64,000 bases of DNA from Selaginella moellendorffii (lineage: Eukaryota; Plantae; Lycopodiophyta): contig NW_003314411.1 of the NCBI RefSeq assembly GCF_000143415.4, forward strand, positions 186,452-250,451, in the 5' to 3' direction. Numbering within the stretch: the stretch's first letter is position 1; the number at the start of each line of letters is the position of its first letter. Shown here one piece after another: positions 62,101 to 64,000 of this stretch. The notes under the pieces were generated by a model. It had not been told where the DNA came from. It saw only the letters and a list, made by a program, of their open reading frames with translations, and ran no database searches. A program made the position numbers and the translations under genes.

Positions 62101-64000
62101 GTGCTCAGCTTGAGTTTGCTGAGTCGTCGAGTTGTGGTGGGCGATTGGCCAGCTCTCTCCAAATATCAAAGAGAATGTCCAGGACTGCTTGCACCGGTGT
62201 TAAGGGGCTGGTAAGAATGATACGATCCAGACCACTAAGGATGAGTCGTCTTAATGCATAGCAATGGAATCCTTTTTCCACGAAGCAGATTATCAATCTC
62301 AAGGACAACACTACCAGTGGTGTTAATCAGATAGAAAAGTGCAAAGACTTGTGTCAGGATTACTTTGGATGAGTTTGCCACAGGTCAGTTTGAATCTCGA
62401 TGAATGTACAGTGAGACTTTGAATGGAAGTGATCAGTGTTTATCATACTTTGTGGTTAAGAAAGTACCATCATCTGGATCTGAAGGCTCAAGAAGTGAGC
62501 AGACAGATTCACGAGCGAGCCATCCGTGCCGATGAATGGATTGTCCATCTCATTTTGCATGGCAAGGAATCGTAATGGATATATCCAGAACGGATTTCCT
62601 TCAGACTCAACTTGATCAGGGTCAAGGAAGCAGAGGATCATGGGGTTATTCATTGACACCAGATCGTCCATATACCGGAAAGTGTGTTTGAATAGGCACA
62701 ACAGATCGTACCAGCCTAGACGAGCAAGTCGAGTGATAAAGTTATACTCGAAATAGAATAGGTACAGGTTACACCACAAAGGTGAGCACGAGAAGCCCAT
62801 AGGAATTCCTCGGACTTGTCTCCATACTCTATTACCCAGCTGGACATATGTGTTCCGAATGATAAAGTTATTTAGCTCGATAACTTTTGTTGTATCCATT
62901 TTGGTAGCCTTTACTGATGAGTGGCATAGAGGTTTGCATTCAGCCTCAAGCTTGCTGTTCTTCTTTTGAATCAGAAAAAGGTCTTTATAGAGGTAGTTTT
63001 GGTGCGCAAATGCCAAATTGACAAGGTTTGTCATGGCTGTCGTGAGGCCTTGATCTCCCTCAAGGGGGATGGCCTCATAGCACTTTGTGATATCTCCCAT
63101 GTAGATCGTGGTGATCCTGTCAGGAAGATTAATCGCGAACTCCTGTGTGGGTCCAAGGATCTAGCACGCGTTCATTTTTCCTCCAAAGAATTTTGCCCGT
63201 GCATAGAAATCATCAGCCATGTTTTGTAGCACCTCCTATGTCCCTTTTATGATAGCTGTTAGGCAGATTGTGATTTCAGAGAAAACACATCCGTCCGCAT
63301 TGGTTAACCAGTGCATTTTATTCTTGTGTGCTTTATAGATTCCCATGAGGTAAGGGAGATCTGGTTGCTGTGGCGGGAATTCCTGTAAGAGTGGTTCACC
63401 AAGCAGTTGTTTTACAACTTGCTTGGGTGTCTCAAGGACATTATTGTCCGAGACTATGAGTGAAAAGCAGCTCAAGACTTTATGCAGTGACAGAGGTGGC
63501 AAGTACAAGTCACAAAATTTTATGAAGCTGTGCAATGAGAGCGGTATCTAGCAGCAGTTTACAGCTCCAGATAGTCCTGCTCAAAATGGAGTTGCTGAAA
63601 AAATGAACTGGACCCTTATGGAGAGTGCACGTAGCATGCTTATTCACGCAGGAATGCCACTATCATTCTGGGCCGAGGCAATTAATACAGCCACATATAC
63701 TAGTAATTGAGTGCCTACCCAGCCACTTGCAGATATTTCTTATTGTCTTTGGACCAGGAAGCCAGTCAGCTTGAGACATCTATAAGTTTTTGGATGCATG
63801 GCTTATGCGAAAGTTTCTAACAATCATTGCAGAAAATTGGAGCCGGAAGAGCATTCCTTGTGTCTCGAGACGAAAGCGTATTGTCTTTACAACATGGCCA
63901 CCAGATCAATTCTTATGAGCAGAGATGTCAAGTTTGATGAGAATTCTCTTTACGAGCATTGTTATAAAAATCCTGAGACTTCATCTTACATGACGAAGAA
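59124..64000 (+). mobile_element. Decayed Ty1/Copia (5' LTR 59124-59278, PBS 59279-59290), interrupted by a Penelope-like insert and running off the window
   Basis: TGTAG..CTAACA + TGGTATCGGAGC; WLDTVANMHMT, LWHERLGH, CEACVLGKQ, LELVHTDVCGP, FIDDY; resumes at 63465 with KQLKTLCSDRGG..PAQNGVAE..FWAEA. Confidence 0.88.
60784..63464 (-). mobile_element. 5'-truncated Penelope-like retroelement (RT ~62105-63464 plus long 3' region)
   Basis: LPYLMGIYKAHK, DITKCYEAIP, RQVRGIPMGFSCSPLWCNLYL, FRYMDD, IYP, TTKYDK; flanked by AAGCAG at 60778-60783 and 63465-63470. Confidence 0.82.

Overview
Compact land-plant genomic DNA: introns are about 50-65 nt and TE remnants are heavily C->T deaminated. The gene and TE repertoire suggests a lycophyte such as Selaginella (inference, not verified). 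A 12.5-kb gene island (20.7-33.1 kb) holds an L-type lectin receptor kinase, two paralogous small putatively acylated proteins, a DUF21/CBS protein, a clavaminate-synthase-like dioxygenase, a HESO1-like uridylyltransferase and a Uma2-like nuclease. It sits between two nests of retroelements. Left nest: a full-length minus-strand chromoviral Ty3/Gypsy (A, 2816-17629, TSD GTGCA) with a younger chromovirus (B, 9657-17003) inserted in its 5' LTR. Right nest: several decayed Gypsy families, an L1 3' fragment, a self-priming Tf1/Tcn1-type element, a pseudogenised copy of the DUF21/CBS gene, and a Copia interrupted by a Penelope-like RT fragment. Most notable: (1) two short canonical GT-AG introns (47 and 52 nt) interrupt the integrase of element A, so splicing would be needed to make integrase; (2) a dispersed short TG..CA repeat family carries the 5S rRNA internal promoter region (Cassandra-like); (3) a ~94-bp module is shared by otherwise different LTR families and appears to have been gene-converted between the nested elements. 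All alignments were done by eye; no database searches were run.
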